Shown here: piece by piece, positions 12,574-25,877 of the stretch | Layout of the letters: each line of letters opens with the position of its first letter | How positions within the stretch are numbered: the first letter of the stretch is position 1 | Assembly (NCBI GenBank): GCA_036867785.1 | Contig: CP145413.1 | Span: 248,001 to 312,000, forward strand | Length of the DNA: 64,000 nucleotides | From: Plasmodiophora brassicae | Lineage: Eukaryota | Direction: 5' to 3' | Position numbers and translations under genes: made by a program | Notes under the pieces: generated by a model | What the model saw: only the letters and a program-made list of their open reading frames with translations | The model's database searches: none | Told to the model about the DNA's origin: nothing

Positions 12574-13755
12574 ATGAGCCTGGATGGCACCCCGATTGAG
12601 CCGACCTGGTCGTGGAAGATGGTCGCCTTGAGCTACCTGATATCGGTGGCGGGTGCCACCACTGCCATCTCGCTGAACGACCTGCGCCGCCGAACCACCG
12701 ACCCGAGGCGGGCCCGCGCGCTGATCGCAGCCGTCTCGTTCTGCTTCGGCGGCATCTCCATCTTCATGATGCATTTGTAAGATGGGGCGGCGGCCGCACG
12801 TCGACCCGCAGGGACGCTGACGATGCGGCTCAGCGTCGGGATGGGCGGCGTGGTTCTCGTCTCGCCCGTCACGGGTGACGCGATGCCGATCACGTTCGAT
12901 TTGCAGCTGACAGTCCTGTCCATGGCGGTCGGCATGGTCAGCGTTTGGCTCGGCCTGACGTTCGTGTCGAAAGACCCGTACTGGGTCGAGGTCGTCCGCG
13001 AGAAGCGCGTCGCGTTGATGATCGAACACACGAAGAGGATGACCATGAAGGAGGCCGGCGAGGTGTGGCGCGTGCGCCTGACGGTACTGCTCAATCGTCC
13101 CGAACGCATCTTGGCAGGCGGGACATGCATTGGTAGGCCTCGACGTACGTGCATGATTGGGCTCGCGGTTACTCAGGGGCCAGCGCTAGCGATCGGCGTC
13201 TGCTCCATGCATTACTGTGGCTTGTACGCCATGCGGGTCAACGCGACGATGACGTTCATACCTGGAATCGTGGTCCTATCGTTCGTCATCGCTGTCGTGG
13301 CGGCGTGCGCTGGTTCCTGGCTCATCTTCCGGGTCCTGACCTTCCAGCCCACCTTGTTCATTCGAACACTGTGCGCGGTCGTCATCGGTGGGTCTACGGG
13401 TTGCAACTGAACCGACCCGGTCTGAGAGAATACGTACACAGGGATCGCGGTCTGTGGAATGCACTACACAGGAATGTATGGCGTCACGTTCCAGTACTCG
13501 TCAGCGGTCCCAGTGACGGGCCCGGTGCTCGCCGCGACCTTCCCGCAGGACATCAGCCACATCGCCCTGATCCTCTGCTTCATCTTCGACGCCTGGGTCC
13601 GCAACGAGCTCCTCCTGCAGATCGAGGCGCATGCCAGCGACCGCTACCGAAGCCGCGATACGCCACTGACGGGCGACCGGCGCTCCGGGACGCCCAACAA
13701 CGCCCCCGTCAAGATCAACCAGACCGTCCCCATCAATAGCCCGACGGACAACTGA
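12574..13755 (+). CDS. Stand-alone MHYT-domain membrane sensor, copy 3
   Basis: Same three MHYT motifs. Introns 12777-12833 (unique to this copy), about 13133-13189 and 13388-13441. Confidence 0.87.
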
Positions 13756-13975
13756 CACACACACAGCAGGCAAACCGCGAAACCACTTTGTCTGAAGACG
13801 CCGTTGTCGTTCCTATCGACTGTAACGTGTGGTGTCGTCCGTCTCGCGACATGCGAACTGCGTGACAGGTCGCGTGGCGACGCGCGCGACAAGTTCGATA
13901 CGAATCGGGTCGCTGCTGTAACGCCCGCGGGATCCGGTTACCGGTCAGAGCTGCACACCGCTGGACCCATTGTTG

Positions 13976-16633
13976 ATGTCGTCGGTGGTCGATGACGTCG
14001 AGAGGCTGGCGGAATCGCGGTCGGTGCCGGAGCTGGTCGACCTGATCGAGCGGGATGGCGCGGCGCTGGCGGTGGAGATGTGGGCGTCGCCTGCGGCGAT
14101 CGACAGGGTGCGGTCGGCGCTAGGGCCGTTGCTGGCGAGCGACAGCCCCGTTCGGAGACGGGTGCTCGCGGCATGTGCCGCTCTGGATGACTGCATCGAC
14201 AGGAGACGGATCACGTGCGTCCCATGTGATCTGTTAATCGACCCGATTACGTGCGCGACCGCAAGCTTTGCGTTGTTCGAGCGTTTGCCGCCGGCAACGT
14301 AATGATATAGGTCGAGACGGCGGATGGGACGGATTGAACTGACACAATTGTCGTAGAACTGTGCAAGGAGCGGCTGATTGTCTCCAGGCACTTCGCGCCA
14401 TGTACGGCCTGCCATATTCTCAGTTATTCGCCAATGTGATCAGCAGTCAGCTGCGAGCCGTGCTGCAAAGGAAGAACGACTTCATGGCACAGGCCACGTA
14501 TCTTCTTCATCGTCTGCCGCTTGTGTTTGCGCATCTCGAGCGCAACCGCGGCCACACGTTTCATGGGCATGCGGAGCTGAACGACATTGAGTCTGGTTTG
14601 TGTGCACTGAAAGCGTTTCCGGGGATGACGCGGTCCCCATTGAACCCTTCGACGACGTGGTTCGATGTCTTGCTCGACGCCTTCGCACAATCGGGGCTGA
14701 TCGACAGCGACCGCGTTCGCTCATCAATGCGCCTACCTCCCTGCTCCATACCTCGCGACACGGTGTCATTACCACCTCTGGTCGCACATGGGGATGCCAT
14801 TGTCTGCTCAAGTGCCGAAGAATTTTCTGCCGTTGTTGATAGTATCGCCAACACCCCTGGATCAGACTTAACAACGGATTTGATTCCCGAACTGATCGAT
14901 CTGGCTTTCGGCCGTCCCGAATTCGTTCGTCGGTTGCAGTCTCGCGTCGTGGACCTGCTTCCCCGTATTATATCTCCTTCTTTCAGTCTTCGTCCGCAGA
15001 CACTATGTGCTGTACTCACTCGACTTTCAACAGAGGCAGCCGTTGGTATCGTTTCGTGCCATGGCAAGCTTCCTGTTCTTCTGTCTGCTTTGCTGGATCA
15101 AGTCAAGTACTGTATGAGAGCAAACTTGGTCGACCGACTCGAGAGCTATAGCCACGTGATTGACATTGCTTCTCGAGCGCAGCTGATTCTTCTGTATTGC
15201 ATGCGGGACTCTGCCGAACCGGCTGGGTCAGGTGGTTCCCAAGACGAGATTAAGCACTTCTGCGCGAACGCAACGTCGAGCAAGCCACCGGAGGGCGAGC
15301 AGTTTGAAACGATTAAGAATGTCGGGGTCGCGTTGGTCCATGTGCGTTCACGTTGACGCGTCTGTCGTTGCAGACATTGTGGCTAACCTGTCGTAGGTCA
15401 CCTCGCATAACACTCCCGAAATCACGTCTTGGGGCGACGCCTTGCGTCTAGCTGCTGCTGCGTACCCGATTGACCAAGTTGTTCTCGCTGTCCGGCATGT
15501 TATTCTGCCCAACATGTACTCCAAGATGGTAGAACAGGACAAATACATCAAGGTAATTAATCGCCGTGGTACTGTCGTTGGGTGCAGCCGGTTCATGACT
15601 GACTGGTGCTATATAGTTCCTTCGAGTGCTGCTGATATCGTTCCCGATATTGCTGACTCCTGTCCAGTCGTACTTTCTCTCCGCGCTTCGTGACGATATC
15701 CAACACCAAAGGCCCGTCACGCCACATCTTTCCGTTTGGCTGTGTATTATGTCTTGCGCTCAGCGCTTGAATATGCCCATTGTTGTCAACATGTACCGAG
15801 ACAGCGTGGCTAGGGCTCTGGTCGGAATCGTCAACCTGGACCAGGAATTTGCCAATTCGCTTGGAAGTGGGTTTCTGATATCTTTGGTTCGCACAGCCGA
15901 TTTCCGAGCGCATCTTGTCAAGCATACCCGATACTTGCTAAAGTCGCATACGACAACAATGTCCTCCCTATGGAAAGACCTAAGCGCCCATACCGTCCTG
16001 TTCCGATGTTGCCTGGAGAAGCTTGGTCCAACGGCGTTCACTGAGACAGTCGTTCATGCGCTATTCGCCAAGCAGCCTGATCAGCAGGCGGAATCGTCAC
16101 CTGGTCCCGCCCACGACATGCAGGCTGAGAAATCGGCTAGGGAGCTATGCGCCGCGATTATCGCCGTATCTGGAGGCGTGGCACATGTTCACGAGATGCA
16201 ACTCTCCCCGACAGATTGCAAGTTGGACATGTTGGTCTGCGCGCTATGCTTAATTCTGGCTCACGCGTCGCCGCTGGACTACGACCGCATGTGGGATGTT
16301 CTTATTGAAGATCTGACTGGGTCCAAGTTCGATCCCAGTTCCCTAAGTATGCACGCCGCTCTGGCTTTGACCAACTGCGAACCTGCGCTGGAACAGTGGC
16401 GATCTCGACCCGGGTCGTTGGACCGCCTAAGTGCAACTCTGACATCCAACGACCGGCGCGATCTCTTGCTCCCTTTCCTCGACGCTTCCAACCCCGACCA
16501 TCAGTCCGTTGCCCGCTCGATCGTATCGGAAACTTGTAAACGACGGTCAGCAACGTCCCAGACCGGGAACTACTCGCTGGATTTCCACGAGCTCGTTGAC
16601 TCGTTCCGCTCAATCCTAGATTCGCGGGAATAA
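13976..16633 (+). CDS. Large helical hypothetical protein (weak resemblance to NELF-B/COBRA1)
   Basis: Long same-strand ORFs (13970-14302, 14361-15356, 15626-16633) that can be joined by GT-AG introns. Leu-rich helical composition. The family guess is weak. Confidence 0.5.
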
Positions 16634-17568
16634 ACAATGCCATTAGCTTCATATGTGGAGTCACTTATCCATTCCGCGCCGATAATTACACGCAGTAGGT
16701 ATCACTCGAACAGCAACCCGCCAACGGGGTAGTACGGTATGTCGGTACCAGCCACTGAGTGACGAGCAAAATGGCCATTCTTCGACGAGGTGCGCCCTGG
16801 GAGAACCGCTCTGCGTCAGAACGTTGACATATGGGTCAAGTGCTATGGGACCCCAACAATCTTGAGGGGGACACTCTAGCTCTACCTTCGGCGAAAGGTG
16901 GAACTTGGTGAAAAGCCGTTTCGCCACTTTGCAGAGAACATCTTTTCGCCATCATGAATATAGCCCATCAAGTCGTCCCGCGCCCAGCGTGTTCACGCAG
17001 TACAGTAGGCGAGCCAGAGTTGTCTTGACCGTTGAGATTACGATACATGTTGTATGTCATTACCCTCTTCTTTGATCCGGAGGGTAATGGACAGTGCCAT
17101 GTCGATCGCTGCCGCCATCGCTCTCAGGTCATCGCGACGTCGATGCACTGGAAGTTGCCTACCTCGTTCCAGGATGGTGCCACGGCCCATCTTCGGTCGT
17201 CCTCGTCCGCCTCTTCATCGCTTTTAATAGCAATCAAAGCAGCGTGCCCGGCGCCTTTTTCGGACTTCCGGCGTGGAATTGTAGCCATGCCGTTGTTATC
17301 GTCGGAAACGGTCCCAGCAGCGCGGTTGATAGCGGGCAATTTATCTCAGTTCGCTTCTTGCCGGCCTTAACCTTGAACAGAACGCACGATCGGGCTTGGC
17401 TGTAGTACTGTATTGTAATCCGTGAATGAAGACGCCTGACCATCAGCTGTTATCAACACTCATGATCATGGTCGGTGTTCTTCGTTTTGCAGACGGCGGC
17501 CCGTCGTCCGGGTTTTTGTTGGGTGCCCGTCGGGTCGATCATCGCCATTACCATCAGGCTGCATCGTG

Positions 17569-20500
17569 ATGTTGAAGCCGCTTGTGATTGGCACTGATCA
17601 CAACGCGTCCAGCAGTGAGGATGGCGACGAGGACGACGTGGCCGCAGACGGTACTGCGACCGCGGGACCGGAGAGACTCCTGCAGTATTTCATCTCCGTT
17701 GGCATCGGCGATTCGTTCACGTCATTGGCGTCCGTTTGCGACCTGGGTGAGCCTGCGCGGTCAGCGAGGGGTTAATCTCTAGACATAATGGTACGGTTTC
17801 AGATTCCATGCGGCCCATTACGAGTCTGTGCGTATGTGGCAACGGCCAGCCATTTAATTCGTTCGAACTCGTCAAATGCACGGTCAGAGGCCAATCTGCT
17901 TCACTTCGATCCGGGTTCTTTGGCGCGCCTGTATGGCTGGGGTACAGTCGGGATCCCAGCCTTGGGGAACCTCTGACCGAGATTGTCATCCTTCGTGAAG
18001 ATATCTGCCCACCAGGTTGGTAATCGCTCCAACCGACCTTAGTGTCGTGCTTGCTGACGCTTTTAACAGGGTTTACCAAACTGGACTATCAGTTCAGTCT
18101 CACGAAGACATTTGGACGGGGACCGAACTCCTACATATTCTACGAGCGGGACCCAATCAAGGTCCCTCTTGTGGACGTGCTCCTTGTCGCTGAGGTTGGC
18201 ATTAGCCGGGTGGTTTCCCGTATGCCAAATGTAACCGAATGCGTATGCAGTCAGATGGGGAGTCACCACCTCCTGACTTCTGGAGAGTTCAAAATGATGC
18301 CCAGACTGGAATCAAACTTGGGAATGGGCTGGAACTTTATTACAAGAAAGGGCCCGCGACGCCGTTAGATCAGGTCTACAAACCATGCGTCATTGACAGG
18401 TATGTGACGCCAGGCTGAGGATGGCATTTCATGGATCTCAGTGGTCGTTTCAGATACCCCCGCAAAGACGACCCGTTCTCTCCACTTCCGGTCGCTGTGG
18501 CACAGGTTTGCATGAAATGTCTCTTTTGTTTGGTTCTGCGCTCAGCCCCGCCACAGTTCTGTCAGCCAAACGGGACGACTCTGATGCGCACCGCCCCACT
18601 CCCTACTACCCATGACTTCGTTCTAACCAACGCCATGGGTCGCAAGATGTACGGTTCTGCTCTTACATGCTACGAGCCACTGTCTACTTCAGTGTGGCAG
18701 CGGTCGCTGGAGTCGATTCTGGAGAGGTTTCCCAGGGTTGGAAGGCCTGTGAGAACCGCACTGCTCGGAAGGCTAAATGCGAGCTCGTAGATGACATCGA
18801 CGACAGTGGCTCCCGAAGATCACAGTAACGTGATTCGGACGCTTCCTCCCAAGTCGGTGACTGCGGATTGTCAGTCACCTGAGCACCGGACGCGCCTCTT
18901 GTCTCTCAGCTTTGAATCGAAACCTATATACTCAAGCCGGACCCTTTGTCTTCTATCATATTATCCGTTTTTCGACAACTTCAACGCGATCCTCTCTGAG
19001 CTGTATCGGATCAGCGTATCCCCGCTGCAACGTACGCTTACCTTGACGCTGCCGTTTCAGGTGTTCTGACGCACGCTATGGATAGTCCCTATTGAAACAC
19101 ATCTATGCAATTTGTTTGAAATTCCTTTGCCGCTAACCCCTCGACTGGCGTCTGAAATTCAGATTGGTTCTAAACTCGTGTCGTTCAATGTCCCGAACTG
19201 TGATGAGGACTTTCCCTTAACTAATGTTCGTGCCGACCGCTGTATTCAAATGCCTTACGCTGACAACTTCCGTAGTGGTCCTTTGAAATGTCCTTTCGCT
19301 GTCTCTCAGTGGACGCCGTTCTTACAATCTTGAACGCGCTGATTCTTGAACGCAAGGTCATTCTTCTGTCAAGCCACGCGCGACTTCTTACCCCTGTGGC
19401 TCAAACGTTGCTCTCGCTTATGTTTCCTCTCGAGTGGCAATACTCGTACGTTCCCGTGCTACCTCGCGTGGTGTCTGTTATTCTCGATGCTCCCATGCCC
19501 GTCTTCGTCGGCATACAAAAGGCCTACGCCGACCCGCGGTTCGTCTATTATGTTACAGCGAGATCCAGTGAATTGACAATATTGTGCCCAGGTTATATGA
19601 CCGTCCAGATGTTGTCGTTGTCAACTTGGATTTGGGAACGGTTTTCGTACATCCTCTGAACCCACTCGTGCCGTTCCCTCCTATACAGCAGGCCGTGCTG
19701 AAGGGCGAACTTGAGAAATTTGGGCACACGGACGCTTTGCACAAGTTCACAGCAGATGAGCTTGCCAATGTGGATCTCACGTTCCCCGTCCCGATCGGCG
19801 GAGGGCAGCGTGGCTCCTTTTCAATGTCTCATAGGAGGTTCGAACCTAGAGCAGTTCGTGCGGCATTCGTGCACTTCTTTGCTGCAGTGTTCGGCACGTT
19901 TCGTAACCATCTTCTGTTTCCCGAAGTCCCAAGCAACATCCAGCTCGACGAACTGTTCGACAAATCTGCCTTCTTGGCTGAGAAACCGAAGGGGCCTTCC
20001 CGGGCGTTCTCCAAGGCACTGCTTGATACCCAATGCTTTACACGATTCATCGAAGAGCGCACGTTTCCGAGTGATCGTGACTCTGAGCTGAAGTTCTTCG
20101 ACCACTGCTGCGACTACCACAGGTCCGTCGAAGCAAGAGTCGATAAGAACGAAAGCCTGGCTGGCCTTGTGCAAAGCCTTCTGCAATATCCAACAGTTAA
20201 GGCCGCGTACCGAGTTCCGCCTCCTCCTCCGCCAGCAGGTATGCCGTGTTGCGGCTCCTTAACCGCAAATGCAGACTGATTGTCTCACCTCTGCACAGAA
20301 ACGTGGAAAGCGCCCCCCGCATCGTACACCTGCTTTCCGATCATGGATCCCGCTCTTCTATACGAGCCCCGACCCATTGCGGTTGAATACATGTGCAACT
20401 GGAAGAGTGCCGACCAGGACATGCTCAGAACTGAATTCCAAGAGGTCGGGACGTTGCAATCGCCATCGATGATCGAGCCTGACTTGGTGGTGCGCATTGT

Positions 20501-22237
20501 TTGTTATACAGGCATTCTTTTTATCACGACCCACAACGCCTGCACTATTCCAGCACCGCGCATCGCTTGAGAAGCTGACGAAGACATTCGAGTCCAATGA
20601 GGAGTGGGCAAGGCATCTACTGATGCTGGTTTACAGCTCGTGGTTCTTGCTTGAGGCCCACCTGTGCGACTGGAACCCCAACGTGACTAGCAGCGTCGTT
20701 GACGGCGCGTTTCGCGTTCTGAATCAAGCGCGCAGGTAATCATCACCTTGCCACGAATCCATGTTTCGTAACTGTTGCCTAGTCTAAACCTATCTCCTGA
20801 CGAAACAACGTACCGCTCAGTGTTGAAGCTCTGTGCCAAATTCAGCCAGGCGGAATCGGCCCGTACGATTCTTCAGCTCATGAAGGATTCCGGCATACAA
20901 CCTTCACAAGTCACATACGCCCTGTTCACGTCTGCTGTGACTGAGGCTCCGATATCGCCCCAAACCCGTCTCTCTGTTGATGATTTTCACAGCAAGATCG
21001 GTCCCGGCGGCGGTAACCGTAAAGACCAACCACTGCCACCACGATCATCGTCGGTTGACATGCGCCCGAGATCAAAGAAGCAGGTTGACGATGTCATCAT
21101 CTGGAAAGACGTGCGCATGTCCACAAAGTCCACGTGTCCCGGTTGCAATTCACGGGTACGCACTGCATGTCATTCGTATTCACGGTTGTGTGTCAACGTG
21201 TTTCAGCTCTGTGACAGCGAGATCATGTCCGGCTGGACGGATGATCCGACCTCGCAAACAACGCGCTGCATAGTTTGCAGAACGACGTCGTTCACCCCGA
21301 CCCTTTCCATAGTCCTCACATTTGTCAAAAAGGAGCCACAAACAGGTACTCGTGGTCACGTCCTGCCTATTGCGGCCAGCAGTACTCATCGACTGAGTAG
21401 AATCGATTTCGTTCCCCTACGTGTCTCCTCTCGTCCTACGGAACATGCTGGATTCGATTATCGCAGCGCAGCCGAAGGATGTGACCACGATTCAGAAGTT
21501 CAGGAAGTCCCACAGCACGGTCTTCTACAATCTGTTATGGTAAGTGCCTGCGGGATCACGACCCGAATCGTGTCAGTAACGCGCATACAATGGCAGGTAC
21601 TTCTTCCATGAAAAGCTACCGTTAAACAACCTTGTTGGTGTTGAAGCCGTAGACGTCAAGCCGCTGTACCCAAACCGTCGGCGCGAGTCTCTCTTCACAC
21701 AGCAAGAGAGAGACCCGGAACACAATGAGCGTTTCGGTGATCGCAACCGAAACGTCATGAACGCCTTGACACGATACATTCGAAGAGGAGACATCCTCAA
21801 TGCCATGCGGTTGTTCTTGCTGCACCGAATACGGGAATCCAACATTGGAGGCAGCGGTGTTCTCGACAAGTCCACCGTGTACGGTTTCCGTCCCCGTCCA
21901 TTAGTGCCCCTCGCTAACGTCTCGGATGCCGCTACCTAGGTGGTCTCACAGCATGTTCCGTGAGATGGATGCTCTAGGAGCGCAGTGGTTCTTTCCATCA
22001 CGAGAAGAATGGATACGAGCTTATACGGAGGCTCTCGGCAGTGTGCCTCGTCATATGGTCAGCTACATGCTGCCCATGGATAACGCACCGTCAACAGTTG
22101 TGTCCGTGTTCGATGACGTCTTCAAGCACATCGAATCTGGCGATAGCCCTGTTGCAGAAGCCGCGTCCGTCGACCATGCTAGTTCCGTGGAAGCTGGGAC
22201 GATCAGCGAGGAGAAGGGGTCCGATTCAGCGCTGTAG
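17569..22237 (+). CDS. DENND4-like Rab GEF (MABP-uDENN-cDENN-dDENN-PPR)
   Basis: MABP-like PLTEIVILREDICPPG. uDENN RYPRKD..PLP..VAQFCQP and MYGSALTCYE. cDENN LILERKVILLS..LLSLMFPLEWQYSYVPVLP..LDAPMPVFVGI. dDENN LDTQCFTRFIEER. PPR PDETTYRSVLKLC. C-terminal CPGC..IMSGW..RCIVC. Confidence 0.88.
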
Positions 22238-22371
22238 TTAATATGCTATGTAATATATTCCTGTAGGCATAGATCTACGGATACTGTTAATCACGCGACC
22301 CAGTTCACAACCGGAAATACGTTGCGATTTATTGGCGGGGTGACGTCTGCGAAGGCACGCTGGATAGTGCC

Positions 22372-24391
22372 TCAAGGTGTCACAGATGACGCGAAGCGGC
22401 GCTTTGACTCAGCAGACATGTCGCTAACGATAACGCTGTCCTTCGACGCAGTCGAGCGCTTGTTGATGTCAACGTAATCGCGACGATCGGCACCAAGGTA
22501 GACTTGACGAGGACGAATGATCCGGTTTTCCGGGTCGGCAAGGAATTCCACCCAATGCGCAAGCCACCCGGCCGTCCGGGGAATTGCAAACAGGACAGGG
22601 AACATATCGGTCGGGAAGCCCATCGCCTTGTAGATCAGCCCAGAGTAGAAGTCCACATTCGGGTATAGCTTGCGCTTGATAAAGTACGGGTCTGCCAATG
22701 CGATCTTCTCGAGCGCGACAGCGACTTCGATCAGAGGCTCACGTCCCAGAATTTGGAAGACTTCCTCCGCAACCTGTCGAATGATACGAGCTCGCGGATC
22801 ATAGTTTTTGCTACGAGCCACCGGTAAGTCTTCAGCCATGATCCAGAGCAACGCCAGTACGTACTAGACTCTGTGGCCGAATCCCATCAGCAGCACCTTA
22901 CGCGCTTTGACATTCGCAATGAACTGTGGAATGTTGTCAACGCTTCCGATAGATTCTAGCATGCGAAGGACAGCTTCGTTTGCCCCTGTTCCCAAGTGCA
23001 GTCAGCATCATAAGATGACCAGCCGGGTAGCTATCACCAACCTCCATGCTTGGGCCCGTCTGTGTCATGGATTAGCCGCTTAGATCCACATCAAAAGCAA
23101 CCGCTTACAAAGAGCTCCCGCAGCACCAGCAACGCATGTGTAAACATCGACACCACCAGACGCCAAATGGCGCATCGCAGCCGTCGAGCAATTCAGCTCG
23201 TGGTCGGCGTGAAGGATAAACAGGATGTCGAGCGCACGTGCTAAACGAGGATGGGGAGCGTAGTTCGGGTTGCTCAACTGGTCGAGCATGAACATGAAGT
23301 TCTCGGTGTAAGAAAGTGGCTTGTGGGATGGCCAGACATACGGCCTGTAAAGACAAACCCGATGGCGCGTCAACTACAGGGAAGAAGCAAACGGTAATCA
23401 CTACCGTACCGTCCGATGCGGTGGCGATACGCAAACGCCGCGATCGTAGGCATCGTTCCAAGGATGCGGTGAATCTGCTTGTTACGAAGCTTCGCAGAAT
23501 TGTACACATCTTGCCCAGACAGGGCTGGGTTGGCCTATACGGTCTGATGTCACCATTGGTGCACGAAACGCAACAATGGTCGATACCTCAGGGTGCAGCG
23601 TCGACATGGCACTGACCTAGCATACAGCGTTAGTACAGGCTGCCGGGATGTATACGAGGCGTACCGTGGAGATGAGCATCCCCATAGGATGAGAATTGTA
23701 ACGGAACGACTTCATCATAGCGGCCAGGTCGTCGTGAATAAACGTGTGGCGCATGATACGATTCGACCAGTAGTCGAGCTGATCTTTGGTGGGTAACGAC
23801 CCGTATATCAACCTGACAATACAGATCAGGACGCGCTACGACGAACGAGCAGATCTATGTGCATACAGGAACGCCACCTCAAGGAAGGTGGACTTTTCGG
23901 CCAACTGCTCAATGGGATAACCCCGGTACGTCAGAATACCTTTGTCACCTGGAGCACATGCAACAGTAATCAGAGCCCAGTTTGTGCGGGTATTCCTAGG
24001 TCACCTATTACCATCGATGAAGCAAACTCGAGACGTTGCCGACGACGTGTTCAAATATCCTGGGTCGTAGGATCTGTACGTACGGGAAGGTCAGTGCCCA
24101 CCTGGAGGAATTGGGACATCTGACTACCGAAGGCCAGGCTCGTTCGGGATTCCCTTAATCTTTCCAAGGTCCTCGGCCTTGATGGTATTCTCATAGATTG
24201 GCAGCTGGTACTTCTTCCCGGTACGATTGTCCGTAACGGTCAACGAGTTCTTCCTGGCAGCACACACGCAGGTCATCGTCACAGCTCGATCCCGGGGCAC
24301 ACGCAGCGCGATATCCATACGGGTCGACCCCTTCGGCGCTGGCCGCGCTGCCGTCCAGGTGCCCGACCAGGCGCTCGACGCGACGGCTCAT
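22372..24391 (-). CDS. Citrate synthase, peroxisomal/glyoxysomal type
   Basis: [39 protein letters not shown] and [15 protein letters not shown]-terminal RVERLVGHL fits the PTS2 consensus. About 10 short introns. Confidence 0.93.
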
Positions 24392-24921
24392 CGGCACCCC
24401 GTCGCCAACCCCCAACGAAAACAAATTTGATGCCGCCGCGTCTCAAGCCACGGGTCGCACCCTGACCCACCACGGCCACCGGGTCCGGGAGACGTTACGC
24501 GCGACGCGACTCGCCGAAACTTGGGCCGTTTTTTCGCAAAATTGGCCTGGCAAAGTGCTCGACCGGGAACAGGGAAGACGTCTGAACGGCTGAAACTTCA
24601 CCCAAAATGTTGCCACGGAGATGTTCACGCTGCGGTAAGCTGCTGACGGGACGGCAGAGTTGACGTCATGGACGAGAGGAGTCGCAACCGGAGCCGAAAC
24701 CAGCGATGAATGTTATGCCGTTGTCTCAGCGCCCAGTCGAGTAATAATATGATGTGTAACAGTGGCGGAAGCTGAAATACGCATGCTATCTTTCTGGGCT
24801 TTACTACGCCCCGGGCGTGCGATTACCGCGCCCCACGGGGTTGCACGCAAACCTTGCTGTGCGCGAGTGGGAGGGCCCCCGACGGCGAATCCCGATCGTG
24901 GTTCGTGCCGTGTGGTTTCGG

Positions 24922-25419
24922 ATGTCTGAAGAAGGCGCCCAAGTGAAGAAGGCGCCCAAGTGAAGAAGGCGCCCAAGCGTCAGGCTTACTGTGCTTCGTC
25001 TGTGAACGCTTGTTGTGAGTCGCATCTCGCTTAACAAATATGCCAAGACGCATGCCGAGCATCGTGTCGTTTGCCCGTTCGATGGTTGCAGCAGAACGTA
25101 TGCGACTTCGGCATCTCTTGGCAATCACGTCCGCGACAAGCATCATTGGGATATGGGGTCGCTGAACACTTCTAAATCGAATTTCCGATGCGACCATTGC
25201 GATGCGATGTACCCCAGAAGATCTTCGTTAATGGTCCATCTCCGACGCGTCTTATTCGCCTGTCGTATCTCCTCCGTGTTTCCGACATACTGGAAGATCC
25301 ACTCACGCGACGTATCGGCCGTCGCGTACACGTTCCAGACGGTTGACGAATTTCCGCCTCGTTGCCACCATAGCATGCCAGGTTTATTACATCGCTATCC
25401 GGCGCGGAACTCCGCTTAG
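24922..25419 (+). pseudogene. Disrupted C2H2 zinc-finger gene
   Basis: One intact finger (CPFDGC..LGNHVRDKH) and one degenerate finger (CDHC..LMVHLRRVL). An upstream finger CFVC..SLNKYAKTH is split by a frameshift. The ATG at 24922 hits TGA inside the 17-bp repeat. Confidence 0.55.
24927..24977. repeat. 17-bp tandem repeat x3 (TGAAGAAGGCGCCCAAG)
   Basis: Three perfect copies at 24927, 24944 and 24961. Confidence 0.95.
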
Positions 25420-25877
25420 CAGTGCTTAACGACCCCATATCATGATGATGCTTGTCGCGGACGTGGTTGCCAAGTGATGCCGAAGTCGTATAAATCCTTC
25501 TGCAACCATCGAACGGGCAGACGACACGATGCCCGGCATGCGTCTTGGGATGCTTGTTAAGTGAGCTGCGACTCGCAAACAGGCGTTCACAGACGCTGAC
25601 GCTTGGTCGAAGAGGCGATCGAGGTGGCGTGTCTTCTCGTATCGGCTAACCAATCGGTCGGCTTTTTCAATATATCTGGGCGATCCGGGGAAGCCCAGGA
25701 GGAAATATGCGTTAATGCTAACCGACGCGTGTTCCGTGTCAATGGCGGCACAAAGTCCTTCATACAAGACCGGAGACATCCAATGCGATGAGTACGGCGC
25801 GCGCCGTTCAATTTCCCTTAAGAACCCCAATCAGATGCCAGAGACTCGTGTATTAGACTGCGCTGGGGAAGAGGGCC

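Noticed and set aside
16661-17443. Possible small spliced gene on the minus strand
   Set aside because: I could not assemble a consistent exon chain or recognise a domain.
24927-24977. Short direct repeats as a CRISPR array
   Set aside because: The units are contiguous with no spacers, there are no cas genes, and the context is eukaryotic.
25426-25830. 134-aa minus-strand ORF downstream of GPI
   Set aside because: No ATG at the listed start and no recognisable motif. Left unresolved.
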